The notes below the pieces were generated by a model, which was not told the origin of the DNA, made no database searches, and worked only from the letters and a program-made list of their open reading frames with translations. From the NCBI RefSeq assembly GCF_009914755.1, contig NC_060934.1: a DNA stretch of 64,000 nucleotides. The stretch is one strand, 5' to 3'. The stretch comes from the human T2T-CHM13v2.0 reference genome, Homo sapiens. This document shows, piece after piece, positions 27,934-41,800 of the stretch. The position numbers and the translations under genes were made by a program. Position 1 is the first letter of the stretch. Every line of letters starts with the position of its first letter.

Positions 27934-28734
27934 GGTTGTGCTGATTTCTAACCCAGTGTGACCACTGCCCCATCCACCTGGCCTCTGCCATGGCATCTCC
28001 CCAGCTCACCAGACCCATGGAACACCCAGACCCAGCCTACCTTTCTCCATATGCCCTGTGAAGAATGTGCCTCCCCAGATCTGTGAGAATGCAACATTTC
28101 TTTCCAGGGAAGCCTGTTTCTGACCTCGCTGGCATTCCCCTGCCTATCTTGATAATTTCCTGGGGGATCTGAGTCTGCCAGGTGCCTGTCCTACTCTGCC
28201 AGCTGCAGGTCTCACTGACTGTGCCCGAGCCCATCCTGAGGGTATGAAGGATGGCAGCAGCTGTCTTTCCCAACCAGGGTCAAAAAATGCCACGCTTTCT
28301 CCAAGTCCAGGCCACGCTAGTTTGAGAGTAAAGGGAAGTGGCAGTTTCTGAGCGTGATGGCATCTTCTTTCAACTGCAGTGCTGAGAAATTGCTGGCCTT
28401 CCTTTCTCAGGAGGCTTGGTGACTTACGTGTGAAATCCTAGCATGGCTCAGATATTCTCAAAGCTCAGAATCTGCTGAGGCTCTGCTACCTTTAGGGCTC
28501 ATGGGCTCCCGAATAGCCCTTGGTGTCCGTCAATGCTGCCTGCCGGTGGCCCCAGGTGCTCAGGGTGGCTGAGTTGTAGCTTGTCCCAGCCCTGTTCTGT
28601 GTTGGTTGAATGTGGCATTGGCTCTGCCTTGTGTTTCTGCTTTGCCTTCTGCTGGACAGGCCTGTAGCACCCTGTCCTGGACTCCAGCCCAGCCTGCCTG
28701 GGCACTGCAGGCCCTCCAAGGGTCCCACACCAGT

Positions 28735-29406
28735 CATAGGCAGAATTCTGAGAGGCCTTACAATTCCCACCCCGTGGTATACACGCCCCAGTGTAATCCC
28801 TTCCCCATGGCTGGAGGCCAGGCTGCAAATCTGATGGCCTTCCTGCTAGTGATGAGGGTGCAAAGGTGAAGAACCTTGCAGATGTAATTTGCAGATGTAA
28901 TGAAGCTCCTTAATGAGTTGCCTTTGAGATGATCAAAAGGGAAATCCCCTGAGCCTTTAAAATAGCCAGGATCTTCCTAAAGAGAGAGATTCCAAACAGG
29001 AGAGGGACGCCCCTGCTGGTCTTGGGGAAGTAAGCGTCGTGTCCCGAGGGGCCCTGCCTGGGTGGAACCAGGGAGGGAGGTGTGTGGCCTCTTGGTGTGG
29101 CAGGGAGCAGGTGTGGCCTCTAGGTGCTGAGAGGAGCCTCTGGCCATCGCCTGGCAAGAAAGCTGGGACTTGCTCATTCCATTGCAAGGAACTAAATTTG
29201 GCCAAGAACCACAGGAACTTGGAAGGGGACCCAGCTCCAGAGGGGACTGTATCCCCACTGACATCTTGATTTTAGCCTGGTGAGACCCTCAGCCAAGGAC
29301 CCTGCCCAGGCTTCTGATCTACAGAAACTATAAGACAGTAAAGACATGGTGTTTTAAGTTGCTGAGTTCATGGTGCCTTGTAACACAGCAATGGGAAACT
29401 AATACA
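28735..29406 (+). mobile_element. MLT1E/F-like MaLR LTR
   Basis: ttgcagatgtaatgaag...gacatcttgattttagcctggtgagaccc...gtaacacagcaatgggaaactaataca. Confidence 0.75.
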
Positions 29407-30342
29407 GTGCCCCCAACTCCCTCTCCCCCTACCCACAGGGGTCAGATTTTTAGCACAGCTAGTAGGGTCTCCTTATTGTCTCTGCCACTGTGTGACTTCT
29501 AGATTGGCCTGAAAACTGGAATCCCATTCTTCATACTCATCCTAAGGCTTAAGCCCTGACATGGGTGATGGCCCCAGGCCTTGGGCTACAGCTTATCCCA
29601 GGATGAGCCCCTCTGCCCCATGCACCTCAGTGAACAGGAGGATGGAGCAGGCGCAGGGCCCCAGTGGTCCTTTTTCAGTGGGCTCTACTCTTCATGGCTC
29701 TGTTCCTAGTTCCCATCAGGTCATTTCTAGGAACTTACAGGAACCGCAAAACCCAGGCCTTCCCTAAAGAAGATAAAGAAATATTACCATTGTTCCAAGC
29801 ATTGGTACAATGCAAGGTCTTGAGTCTCAAGACCACAGTAACTTGAGACTCAAGAGGAGTGAAGATTTTTTAGAATTACAGTGCCTTCTGCTATCTGCAG
29901 GGTTGAGAAATTGTCATTTCATAGGGGGATTGGTGATTTATTTCTGAAATTCTTAGGAGAGATTGCAATGAGAAGAGAAATATCACCAAAGTCTCAAAGC
30001 TGCTGACCAGCTTATTTAAAATTATGCAATATATTCAGCAAACACTTAGGGCAAACCACAGGAAAAACAGAGGATAAAATTGATTGCCTTATGGAAAACA
30101 GTTGGAAATGTAAAGCCCAAAAATGTGTCAATAAAGATGGAAAATGGAGTAAGATCCCCATTTGATCTCCGTTTATGTAACATAATAATTTTTAAAACTC
30201 TTTTGATTTTGATGTAATTATAGATGCACAGGAAGTTGCAAAAATGGTGCACAGAGTGCCATGCCTTTTACCCGCTTCCCCCAGTAGTGATATTTTATAC
30301 CACTACAGTACAATATCACAGACAGGAAACCGATATTGGTAC

Positions 30343-30690
30343 ATGCTATGGCTTGAATTGTGTGTCTGAAGTCCTAACCACCAGTACTTCAAAATGTGAC
30401 CCTTGAAAGTAGTGCCATTTCAGATGTCATTAGTTAAGATGGAGTTACAGTGGAATAGGGCAGCCTGAATCCCATATGACTGGCATCCTTAGAAGAAGAC
30501 GGCATGTGAAGATAGACCCGCACAGGAGAAGTGCCATGGGGTGAGAAAGGCAGAGATCTGAGTTATGCAGCTGCAAGCCAAGGAATGCCAAAGGTGGCCA
30601 GAAAACCACCAGAAGCCAGGAAGAGGCAAGGAAGGATTTGGACTTCCAGGTTTTAGAGAGGGGTTCAGCTCCCTAGTCCGCCCTGCTGAT
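30343..30690 (+). mobile_element. MLT1C-like LTR fragment within an old L1 3' remnant
   Basis: tgctatggcttgaattgtgtg...gcaagccaaggaatgcc...agaagccaggaagaggcaaggaagga. Confidence 0.7.
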
Positions 30691-30994
30691 CATTGGCAGA
30701 ATGTGTTCCATGGATGTTTGGCTGGAGAAGAATAGTTATTGTCAAAAATACCTTCTGTTGTGTTAGACTGCTATTTCCCCAGTCCTGCAGCTGCAGGAAG
30801 CAGGCTTTTCTTGGGACATGTCTGTCTACAGTGGTTGGTGGTTCCAGGTTGCAAGTTTCTCCAGTGCTTTGGCTGAATTACATGGAAACATAAAGAAAAT
30901 CCAGGCACCTCACCGTAGTGCCAACCTCAAGTCCCAAGGTCTCTAAGAAGTCACCTTGCTCTTTCCACCTCTCAGAGTCTTCCTAGGTTTGACT

Positions 30995-31553
30995 GTTTTT
31001 ACTGTAGTAAAATATACATAACACAAAATGTATGATTTAACCAGTTTTAGGTGTATGGTTCTAAGTATACTTAGTATAGCACTTAAGTACATTAACACTG
31101 TGGGGCAACCATCACTACCACCCTTCTCTAGAATACTTTTCATCTTGCAAAACTGAAACTGATTCATTAAACACCATTTCTCCCTATTTCTGCCTCCCCC
31201 CAGCCCTTGGAAACCACCATTCTAATAACTGTTGCTATGATTTTTGAAGTATTTGTCCTTTTGTGACTGGCTTATCTCACTTGAAATAATGTCCTCAGCG
31301 TTCATCTATGTTGTAGCATGTGTCAGGATTTCCTTTCTAAGGCTGGATGACATTCCATTGCATATACTGCATTTTGTTTATCTCCTTCTTTGTTGATGGG
31401 ACACTCAGGTTGCATCTGCCTCTTGGCTATTGTGAATAATGCTTCTATGAATGTGGGGGTACACAGATCTGTTTAAGTCCTTGCTTTTAATTCTTTTGGG
31501 TAAACACCCAGAAATTGGATTGCTGGGTCATCTGGTAATTCTGTCTAATTTTT
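30995..31553 (-). mobile_element. L1MB 3' fragment
   Basis: tgtagtaaaatatacataac...tttcatcttgcaaaactgaaact...gactggcttatctcactt...acccagaaattggattgctgggtca. Confidence 0.85.
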
Positions 31554-33188
31554 TATGTTCGACTTTTATGTTATGTCCAGCAATTCTTTTTTTATTTTCA
31601 AGAGGGATGTCTAGGGATGAAATGGGGTTGCTCCACCTTGGCTAGAACTAGCAAGCTAAATCAACTTAAAAAATATTCTTATCAGCTAAACCCCATTTAC
31701 AGAATAGCCAATGTGTCCCTTGAAGTTTGTGTCAAGAACATGAACACACTTCTCCTTAGAATCCTTACCTGCTTCCAGTGCTCAGGAAATCTTCCTGAGG
31801 GATGATTTTGTTCCAGGCCTTCTGGTCAACTGTGGAGCCTGAAACCACGGAGGCAAATTATTTTCTTTCTTCTTCAGTGTGATTTTCCTTCTCCTTCATA
31901 CAACTGCTAATGTGTAAGTAAAACATAGTTGTTACAATAAACGCCATACTGACCCTTTTCATTTTTGAAGAAGTGTTCATTTTCATTACCTCATTCATCC
32001 TCATCAACCGCTGTGAAGGAAGCAGTCAAGGCCTAGGCTTTATCTCTACTTCATAGACAAGGAAATGGACTTGGAGTCAATTTGGGATGAGAATTCTGAA
32101 ACTTCCCATGCAGAAGCCACTGCTCTTTCAACATAATTCCCATATGATTTGATTAAAGGAATGGTAAGAGCACCACTTCAGCATTTCAGACAATCAACCT
32201 CATCTCTACCAGTAGAGAGTGTCTGTTAATGGGGCTGTACCTCATTCCCTAGCCTGGGAACTATGGGAGAAGGGTAAGGATGGAGGGAGCATGCTGGTGG
32301 ATTGAGAACATCTGGTTTGAATCTGGCATTGGAAAGGATCTTAACTCTGTTACCCCAGGTCTGTAGTTCTCTTTCTGATTTATCATTGGTGCTGCAGTGT
32401 TATATCCTGGAGTAGGACATCAGCGTTAGTACAAACTGAAGCACGTTTCTTGTGAATACTGTGAATTTGGGATCACCTCCAATGGAAGATTGTGCGTGGG
32501 GTAGTTTAGTAGTAAATCAGATCACATCAGGCTAGGGCTAATAGAGCCAAAGGCAGCAGGAGGGAACAGAAGAAACCCCTGGGCACTTTGGCTGATGGAC
32601 ACATTGGAGTCTAAGAGTCGTTTGCCTTGCCCGGGCCTGGGATGTTGACCAATTGATCCCATGAAGCTCTCCAAGCAGAAGGTCAGATGAAGACTCAGAG
32701 CTCTGCCTCCCAGAGCATGATAAGGTTTGATCAGAATTTGCAGGCAGATTCTCAGCCTAGGGGTCCCGTGGACCTACAGCCTTGCTCTGGAGCCTTCAGC
32801 CTCCCTGGATGGCAAGCCCAAGTTCCCATAGAAATGCCCAGTTGTAGTTGTAAAGCAGACTTCATGAGTAGTTTTTCCACCTATGTCAGCATTCTCCCCA
32901 CGTTATTATGAACTACGCTATGTCAGAACACCAACTCTCAGCTCTGGGAAGACAAGTGAGATGTCAGGATTTCTGGGCAAGAGCACCCTAGCTACCCCTC
33001 TATAAAAAGAAAATGTTTTTCTACTTTGTTTTCACCGCTAGACATGCAGTAGGTTCATCTGCAACATGAACAGCTTGTGTAACTTCCTGCTCATTTTCCT
33101 GTGTAGCGTAATAGTTGAGTTCTCTCTTTAATGACCTCATTAAATTAACAAGTTTGGGTTGACTCTCAGCTTCTTTCTATCCCTTATA

Positions 33189-33500
33189 CAGTAGTCCCCC
33201 TTGTTGATAGTTTCACTTTCTGGGATTCCAGTTACCCTCGGTATGGTACAATAAGATATTTTGAGAGAGAGACCAAATTTATGTAACTTTTATTACAGTA
33301 TTTTTTCATAATTGTTCTATTTTATTTTTTGTTATTGTTGTTAAATCTCTTACGGTGCCTAATTCATACAACAAGCTTTATCATAGGTCTGTATGTATAG
33401 GAAAAAGCATATTGTATATAGAGTTCCCTAAAATCCGATGCTCAACCATCCACTGGGGGTCTTGCAATGTGTTCCCATGGATAGGGAGGGGCGGCTACTG
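33189..33500. mobile_element. MER44A-like (Tigger-derived MITE)
   Basis: TA|cagtagtccccc ... ggggcggctactg|TA terminal inverted repeats with TA TSD. Confidence 0.8.
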
Positions 33501-33652
33501 TAATAGGAATGAAATAGGAGTGGAAATTTAGTTTCTGTTACAACCTTTAAACTCAGAAGATTATAAGTAAAATCTCAGGAAATCATGTGCTGCACCGAAT
33601 GAAGAAAATGGCTTCTTTTGGTCTTCCATTTGTCACATTTTCAGCCTCTTAA

Positions 33653-33986
33653 TGTTGCAGAACTTTTCCTTAGTTCAGCTAAAGACGGGGTTCTTTGTCC
33701 CATGGCCACAAAAATTCAGGCTTGCAGACAACTTGAATAATGAGTAAGACAGGGTTTTACTGGGTGAAAAGGAAGAAAATGGGCGAAACAGGGACTCTCG
33801 CAGGGCCAGAGTCCCTGCTAGAGCGCTTCCCACCCGGGTTCCACACAGGAATCTTGGATTCCACACAGGAAGAAGAGGGGCCCGGCTCCTCTCCCACCGC
33901 AAATAGTGTGAACTTCCCGAGGGTCCGCCCCAGTGCGTGGGCAGGTTGGAGTTTTTCCAGGAACCCCCTCCCACCTGGATGCCTCA
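33653..33986 (-). mobile_element. MER61-like ERV1 solo LTR
   Basis: TG...CA termini with a perfect 4-bp TSD TTAA (33649-52 / 33987-90); ttttccttagttcagctaaagacgggg. Confidence 0.75.
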
Positions 33987-34370
33987 TTAAATAATGTGGT
34001 AGCCAGCACCAAAGTGTTGATGCACCAGTGTCTAGCTTTGGGGAGTGTGACATCCAGACATTGGGTGGAAGGGCCAGCCTGTCCCCATGATAAGGCTCCT
34101 AACATCCCTCCTACTCTCCAATCACAACAGCTTCTGATAGGTCTCCATCTCCACTCCCCCAGAGTAAAATTTATGAACATTCTGCAGAAAAGAGTCCCTT
34201 GGCTCTCACTTACAGCCTATTAAAAAAAAATTTTTGTGTGTGTGTTTAACCAACTTAGCAGATTCGAATAGAGGAAAGAGGCTACATCTTTATGGCAATT
34301 ATTATTTTTTTTTTTTTACAAAATATTATCCAAAGTAATGAAAACATTAAAAACAACCTGAAATGGTGAC

Positions 34371-35061
34371 TGTGGTAGGATGCATGATGGCCTGTCAAAA
34401 TGTCCACATCTGAATCCCCCAAACCTGTGAATGTGTCATATTATGTTAGCAGGAGAGAACTGAGGCAGCAGATGGAATGCAGGTTGTGTCAGGTGACCTG
34501 GGGATGGGGAGAGGGTCCTGGATTCTCCAGGTGGGCCCAATGCCGTCACAGGTCCTGATAGTTGGGAGAGAGAGGTGGAAGGCTCTCCATGCAGTGCTGT
34601 GAGGGCTCCGGCCTTGACAGGCTTTGAGGGTGGAGGAGCAGCCCCTGGAAGCTGGACAAGGCAAGGACAGTTTCTCCCTGGGCTACACGTCTATTTCAGT
34701 CTAGTGAAACTGACTTCAGACCCCTGACCTCAGGAACTGTAAGATAAACAATGTGTGTTGCCACTGAGTCTGAATAGCCCTTGTCCAAAACGCTTGGGAC
34801 CAGCACTCTTTCAGATTTTGGATTTTGCATTTTTTCAGCTTTTGGAATATTTGTACATACATATTGAGATATCTTGGGGATGGGATCCAAGTCTAAATAC
34901 AAAATTCATTCACATTTTATATACATCTTGTACACATAGCCTGAAGGTAACTTTTATTATTTAACATATTTTAAACATTTATTATTGAAATTATTTAAAT
35001 ATTTTAAATTAGGAATGCTCAGCCTATAATTTGTTATATCAGCGAGAGGAAACTAATAAAA
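34371..35061 (+). mobile_element. MLT1D-like LTR interrupted by a DNA transposon
   Basis: tgtggtaggatgcatgatggcc...aacctgtgaatgtgt...caggaactgtaagataa; resumes taatttgtta...ggaaactaata. Confidence 0.7.
34765..35027. mobile_element. MER46/Tigger4-like element
   Basis: ccaaaacgcttgggaccag...gatatcttggggatgggatccaagtctaaa...acacatagcctgaaggtaa...atgctcagcct. Confidence 0.7.
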
Positions 35062-36361
35062 TAACATGGCAAAACGCCTGATTCCCCAAGCTTTCAGGAC
35101 AGGTAAGATTGTAATTGTAACTTATGTAGGAAAACAGACGCTTGGGTTGCCTGGGGCAGTGGGTGGTGGGACGCCTCTGTCCTTGCTCTCTCCCTACCCT
35201 GCACACGCCTGCTGCTACTCTCATCAGTGGGTGGAGTTCATTTCCTTTTCTCTTTATCAACAGAATGTGGCAGAATTGGCCGGAAGCAGAATTGCCTGTT
35301 TCCAGTGAGGCCCCCTTGCCCTCTTGGAAGCAATTGCTGTGTAGGAAGTCTGAACACCTCACAGGAGATGGAGGCCAGTTCCTGCCTGCTGTAGCCACCC
35401 AGCTGAAGGGGGTCCAGACACGAGTGGAGGCATTGTGACCTCCAGCCTCAGCAGACACCTCCACACTGCGCAGGGCAGAGCAACCACGCCACCGAGTGAG
35501 CCCCATTTGCAGACTTTGAGCAAATAATGATTGTGCACGTTGGATCATTTATTGAGTTTCTCTCGTACACCAAGCACTGGTTGGATCCCATGCTTGTTGG
35601 TGACAGAACTGCTGTGATGCCAGTCCTGCGTCCCCTTCAGCCTGTGAAGGAGGAGCACCATGAACCAGCCAACTAACACGTGTCTAATCACATAAAGGGA
35701 ACTGAACACCAGAGAGCCACAGTCACTTTCCGAAGGTCACACAGCAAGTGCAAATGAGGCCTCATCCTCAGGGCTGGGTTCCAGGCCTGCTGGGCAGGTC
35801 GGTTACTGCTGCACAAAATTTCTGTTATCCTAAAATTGTTTCAGACAAGCACCAAAGGACGTCCCATAGTTCTGCTTGACTAAGGTTTAATGAAGTTAAT
35901 GTTCATACTTTCCACTCTATTTTTCCACTCTTTAAGGATCCAAATTTTCTTGGTGTAACTGCGTATAAAAGTTTAACTATTACAGAGATAACCACAAAAT
36001 TTGATGAGGCTTCATTGAGTGGAAAACACTGTAGTCCAAATAAATGCAGAAATCATTGGTTTGGGAACCAAGGGATAAAATGCTCCCAGCTGTGGCAGTT
36101 CCTCTTCTACCTTCTTTGAGTGAATTTGCAACACAGAAAAAGGCTGATGAAGCTGAGACATTGATTATCAAAGTGCCTTCACTTCCCAGAACCATCTGAC
36201 GCAAGATAGAATCCAGCTATGCTTAATCACCACTTACACAGCACTTTCTGAAATGCTTTCTACATCTTAGGGTAGGTTTTATTTTCTCTTAATGGAGGGG
36301 TTTTCCCAGGCTTGTAGGGGACATAGTCTTCTCTGTCCCTTCCTTATCTTGGCTTCTTCTT

Positions 36362-37100
36362 TGTTTTTATTGTGGTAAAATACACAAAGCATGATGTTGA
36401 CTGGGTTAACCATTTTTAAGCATACAATTCAGTGGTATTAAATTTACTCATAATATTGTGCCCCATCACCACCATCTATCTCCACAACTCTTTTTATCTT
36501 ATAAAATGGAAACTCTGTACTCATTAAACAACAAGTCTCCATTCTCTTCTCCACTCACCTCTGGCAACCACTGTTCTTTCTGTCTCTATGATTTTATGAA
36601 GTACTCTGTGTACCTCATGTCAGTGGAATCATACAGTATTTGTCCTTCTGTAACTGGCTTATTTCACTTGAGCACAGTGTTCTCAGAGTTCATCCTTCGT
36701 ATACCACGTGTCAGCATTTTCTTCCTTTTTAAAGCTGAATAATATTCCATTGCATGTATAGACCACATTTTGCTTATCCATTTATGTATTGATGGACACT
36801 TGAGTTGCTTCCACTTCTTGGCTGTTGTGAATAATGATATTATAAACAGGGATATGCAAAAGCCTCTTCAAGTCCTTGCTTTTAATTCTTTTGGGTATGT
36901 ACACAGTAGTGGAGTTCAGGATCATATGGTAATTCTGTGTTTAATTTTTTGAGGGTCTGCCATACTGTTTTCCAGTGGCTGCACCATTTTACATTCCTTG
37001 TGCAAACAATGCACAAGGGTTCCAATTTCTCTATATTCTTGCCAACATCTGTTAGTTTCTGTTTTCTTCCTGGTAGCCATCATTATGGGTGTGGAGTGGT
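36362..37100 (-). mobile_element. L1MB 3' fragment
   Basis: ttattgtggtaaaatacac...gtggaatcatacagtatttgtcc...gctgaataatattccattg...ggctgcaccattttacattcc. Confidence 0.85.
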
Positions 37101-38791
37101 CTCTTGGCTCCTTCTTGACAGGGGTTCTCTTTGGAATCCGTACCTGCCAGCCAGGATCCCTGTCTACTGGCTGCTCCTTGGTCCTGTGGAGCTTTGCTCC
37201 TGCACTCTGCCAAGCTCTGAGGCTGGCCTCTGTTTAGGCTGCTGATAGACACCTGTCTTCATGCTAAGGCCTAGCTGACTGGCTGAGCCAACCTACTCCT
37301 CCAGGGCCTGCCCAACCCTGATGGGTGCCTGACGCAGGCCTGGAACATCTTGCTGCCTTCTCGTACTCACAGCTTAGGAAGCAAAAAGCAAGCCAGGTGT
37401 TCATACTTCTCTGCTGGGGACATAACAAATGGCATGACAAATACTAAAGCAATAAATGAACTGAAAAATAAATGAGTTGGCAATTATTTATCACAGAATT
37501 ATCTGAGATGGTATTTCAAATTATTTCTCCCCTTAAAAAAAAGGATATTTTTTTACGGCATGAAGAGTCAAATGTAAAAGTAAAGAAATGAAAACAATCA
37601 GATGGAGAGAGATGAATATTTATCAGATTCCAGGATGAACATGGGCTTTGTAATTGTAATTCTTTGGGGAAAATTAATTCACCAGAAGCCCCCCTGGGAA
37701 GGGCATGGTAATTGCTGAAAAGATGCCTGATAAGCCACATACACGGGAGGGAGATTCCCTTAGGAAGGGCAAAGGGATTGCAAAACTGCCTTCCAGAAAG
37801 CTGAGGACCTTGCTAATGAGCTGACTTTATGTTCTGCTAAGAGCTGGTAGATGGTTTAGGGACAAATATCAGGCACTGTGCAATGGAGGGGAGGGAATTT
37901 GAGGTTTTGGTGGGGTTCAGGAAGATACCCTGGGGGGAATTCATTTGTATTTCATAAAAATTAATAACTTCTGAAAACAGCAACAACAAAAATGTACCAT
38001 GAGCAGAAATAAGAGTACTTAAGAAACTAAGAGAAATGTTTTCAGCAAAGATGAATAAAGTTTAGTTGGTATATTTTCAGCACTCCCTATGAAAGGCACT
38101 CAGACTCCTGAAGAAAATTGTTCAAGGTCATTAGATAAGTCAGGGGCCCCTGAGAAAAAGAGCAGAAGATGGGAGGATTTTATTCAGGGAAATGGGGGGT
38201 GAGAGGGAAGAGAGGGGAGGACTGACAGAAAGCTTGACTCCAGAGAGAGAGAGAGAAAGTTGGGAGGGAGTGCGCTGGACACCCTGGGGATTCCAGGAAC
38301 ACCAGAAAGAGGACTCTCCAGTTCCAGGAGCTGGGACTTGGTCTCCCAGCCATGCCCTGGTGAGTGGGAGCCGCCCCTGGGCAGCGTGGCCTCTGTCCCA
38401 GTGCAGCCTTGGTTTCCCAGCAGCAGCGGGGCCTGGGTCATCTATACTTTCTGTGGTTGGAGTCTTGAGGTGCATTTTGTCGGCCAGCACAGATGTGACA
38501 AGAGAGTCCCAAAGGAAGGCAGGCAGATGGCTGAGGAGCATTTCTGTAGGGTGTCCTCAGCCCTCTGAGAAAGCTTCCCACAGCAAAGTTCCGTGCCGAG
38601 GCATAGAGACCTTCCGCACTGTCCTCAGGGCCTAAACTATGTAACCACAGCAGAATCAAAGATCTCCAAATCTCAAGCACAGTCCCTTAGTGCACCTCCC
38701 CATCCTGTGGTTGTCCAACCTGTGTCTGAATACCTCCCATAACAGGGTGCTCATTCACTTCTGTGACATTTCTGGACACGTCTTGAAGAGC

Positions 38792-39511
38792 TGTGGGTAC
38801 AGAGCACCCTTGACTTAACTAACTCCATCTTAGAAAAAGGCTCCATTTTATGTTCACAGAGCACTTTACCAACAAGGATAAGATATTTTGTTTAATAAAT
38901 GAATTAAAAAAAATAAGACTGCATCCAACAAGATAAGGTCATAAACAAGAATGCTCTTCTCTATCTGTTCTCACCAGAGGACTCTGACTAGAAAAGATTA
39001 GGCCTTCAGCAGCCTGGAATTGGCCATCCTAACTGACACCATCTTGCAGTCACTTGTGATAAGAGCTGGGCATCTGCTTCCAAAGGCTCTGCAGCATCAA
39101 ATACTCTGCATTGCAAAACCAGTGGACCACCTCGCCTAGACAAGGGCTCCTTTAGCTACCCCTGGACTGGTTTGTTCACTTTTTCTTCTATCTGTTTTGC
39201 CCTTTGATGTTAAATGTTACTTTGTTTGTTGTAGAATGTTTAGCCTATAAAATTCATATATTGATTAAGTATACTATGATGTATGGTGTGCAATACTGAC
39301 TGGCTTGTGGGGTGACTTGAGCCTGTGTGCTCAGGACTATGTGCCCGTGACTCCCTAGTGCATGGGAAGTGTGATGGAGAATTGCCTTCTTGGGAACTCC
39401 ATGTAGCTCATGGCTTTTGTGATTGAAATACCTTCAATAAAAGCCTGACATTGTGGAAAGACACACACGTGCATGGATCTGGTTATTTCTAACCTTGTAC
39501 CACTTATGCCA
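38792..39511 (+). mobile_element. ERV1 solo LTR (MER72-like)
   Basis: TG start, ctccatcttagaaaaaggctccatttt motif, AATAAA at ~39436, CA end; family assigned from recall, no clear TSD. Confidence 0.55.
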
Positions 39512-40142
39512 TCATGCGACCGAAAGCGGAGTCCACAGGTCACAGATCTGCCTGATCTCTTTAGAAATGCAGAGCATCAGGCCCACCCTCTACCTAAGGA
39601 GCGAGTGAGCATCTTCCTCTTTGTAGATCCCAGAGCTATGCATACACGTTGCAGGGTGAGAAGCAGTTCCTCAAGGTGGCTGCTGTAGCCTGAGCTAGCA
39701 TTCACTCCCTCCAACTGTTAGCCTGGGTCTTAGTTTTGCTTTGTATAACCACAGCAATGGCCTTGCTCCCTTCCCTCCATAATGGCACAGTGAAGAAGTG
39801 CCATGGCAGTCAGCTCTGGTCTGGGTAAGTGTCCTGCCCTGGAGGAGTGAGGAGTGCAGGAGTTCCCACTTCAGGTGGGCAGAGATGGGATAGGAGCGGC
39901 TAGCTTTGGGGATAAGGTAAAAGTCTTTGTGCTTACGATTTAAGGATTGAGGGCAAGAATGGCCCAGATTGTCAGGGCCTTGAATGTCAGTCTGAGGACT
40001 TTGTTCTGTGAACAGCAGATGGTGCAGGTATGGGAGGGTGATGTCCACATGGCTTTCCAGCCTGGACCCCGGACCCTTCTCCTCCAGCGCGGGACCCAAA
40101 TCCTCCCTCGCAGCTCCTCCACCTGGATGGCTTCCAGGAACC

Positions 40143-40812
<670 letters not shown>

Positions 40813-41599
40813 CCTAAAATGCAGTGTCTTCTTCAGAGAACTGAGGATTTCTCCCACAGAACCTGCCCTCCCCTGCGTTCCTGGTCACTGACAGCACCAC
40901 TGCAAGCCTGGTTTCCTGGCTGGGAAGCCCCTGACCTCTCCTCCTCCTCTGTCCCCTGCATCTACACAGTCACCCCATGGTGCGGCTTTACATTCTCCTG
41001 AGCCCGTGTCTCTGACCCTCTGGCTGCTGCCTGAGTGCAAGCTGCCTTAACCTCCAGCCAGCGATGGCGGCAGCTTTCTAGGTGACTTTCCTGCCCCTAA
41101 GTCCTGCCTGCAGCCCCTCATCCCACCCTATATACTGTGGACATTTTTCCAGATCCTTCTAAAGGGACTCGTTTGATGAAGTCACCCCACCATCACACAC
41201 TCCTGGGCTCCACTGCTGCAGGAAGAGGTGCAAGTTACTCTGTACAAACGCGATGGTGTTGACCTTGCCTGCTGGCCTCTTAGCTCACAGAAGCCATTCT
41301 CCCTGCCCTTCCCCACCCTCCCCACCCACATGACCAGTGACCCATGGCCCAAGTCTGCCAGGCTCCCGTCTTGCATGGGAGCCTCTGCACATGCGCTTTC
41401 TTCTCCTTGGAGTATCTTTTCCTCCCCCACCTCATTACCTTCCAACCCCCTCACCTTTGAGCCTCAGCTGAGCTTCTTTAGGAAGTACCTCCCTACCTCC
41501 CAGACTCCAAGGCAGCAGTCTCCAGGCCCCTGTGGCTGCTGAGCTCCTGAGATGTGGCCAGTGCCATTGAAGAAGGGAATTTCTAAGCTGTGAGTAAAC

Positions 41600-41800
41600 T
41601 ATGCAGCAGATTCATCTCAATTTTATATCAACTATATATTGAATCTTGAATAACAATATTTTAGATATATTTAGTTAAATATATTATTAAAATTAATTTC
41701 ATATTTTTAAACTTAAAAAATATAGTCACAAGGCAATTCAAAATGATATATGCAGCTCGCCTTTGTGGGTCATGTTATATTTCTGCCAGACAGTGCCCTG
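41600..41800. mobile_element. MER33-like (hAT-Charlie) fragment
   Basis: aatattttagatatatttagttaaatatattattaaaattaatttc...gttatatttctgccagacagtgccctg. Confidence 0.6.

Noticed and set aside
33839-33871. 13-bp direct repeat ttccacacaggaa in MER61, and a possible p53 site
   Set aside because: Trivial local duplication; no clear paired RRRCWWGYYY site seen.
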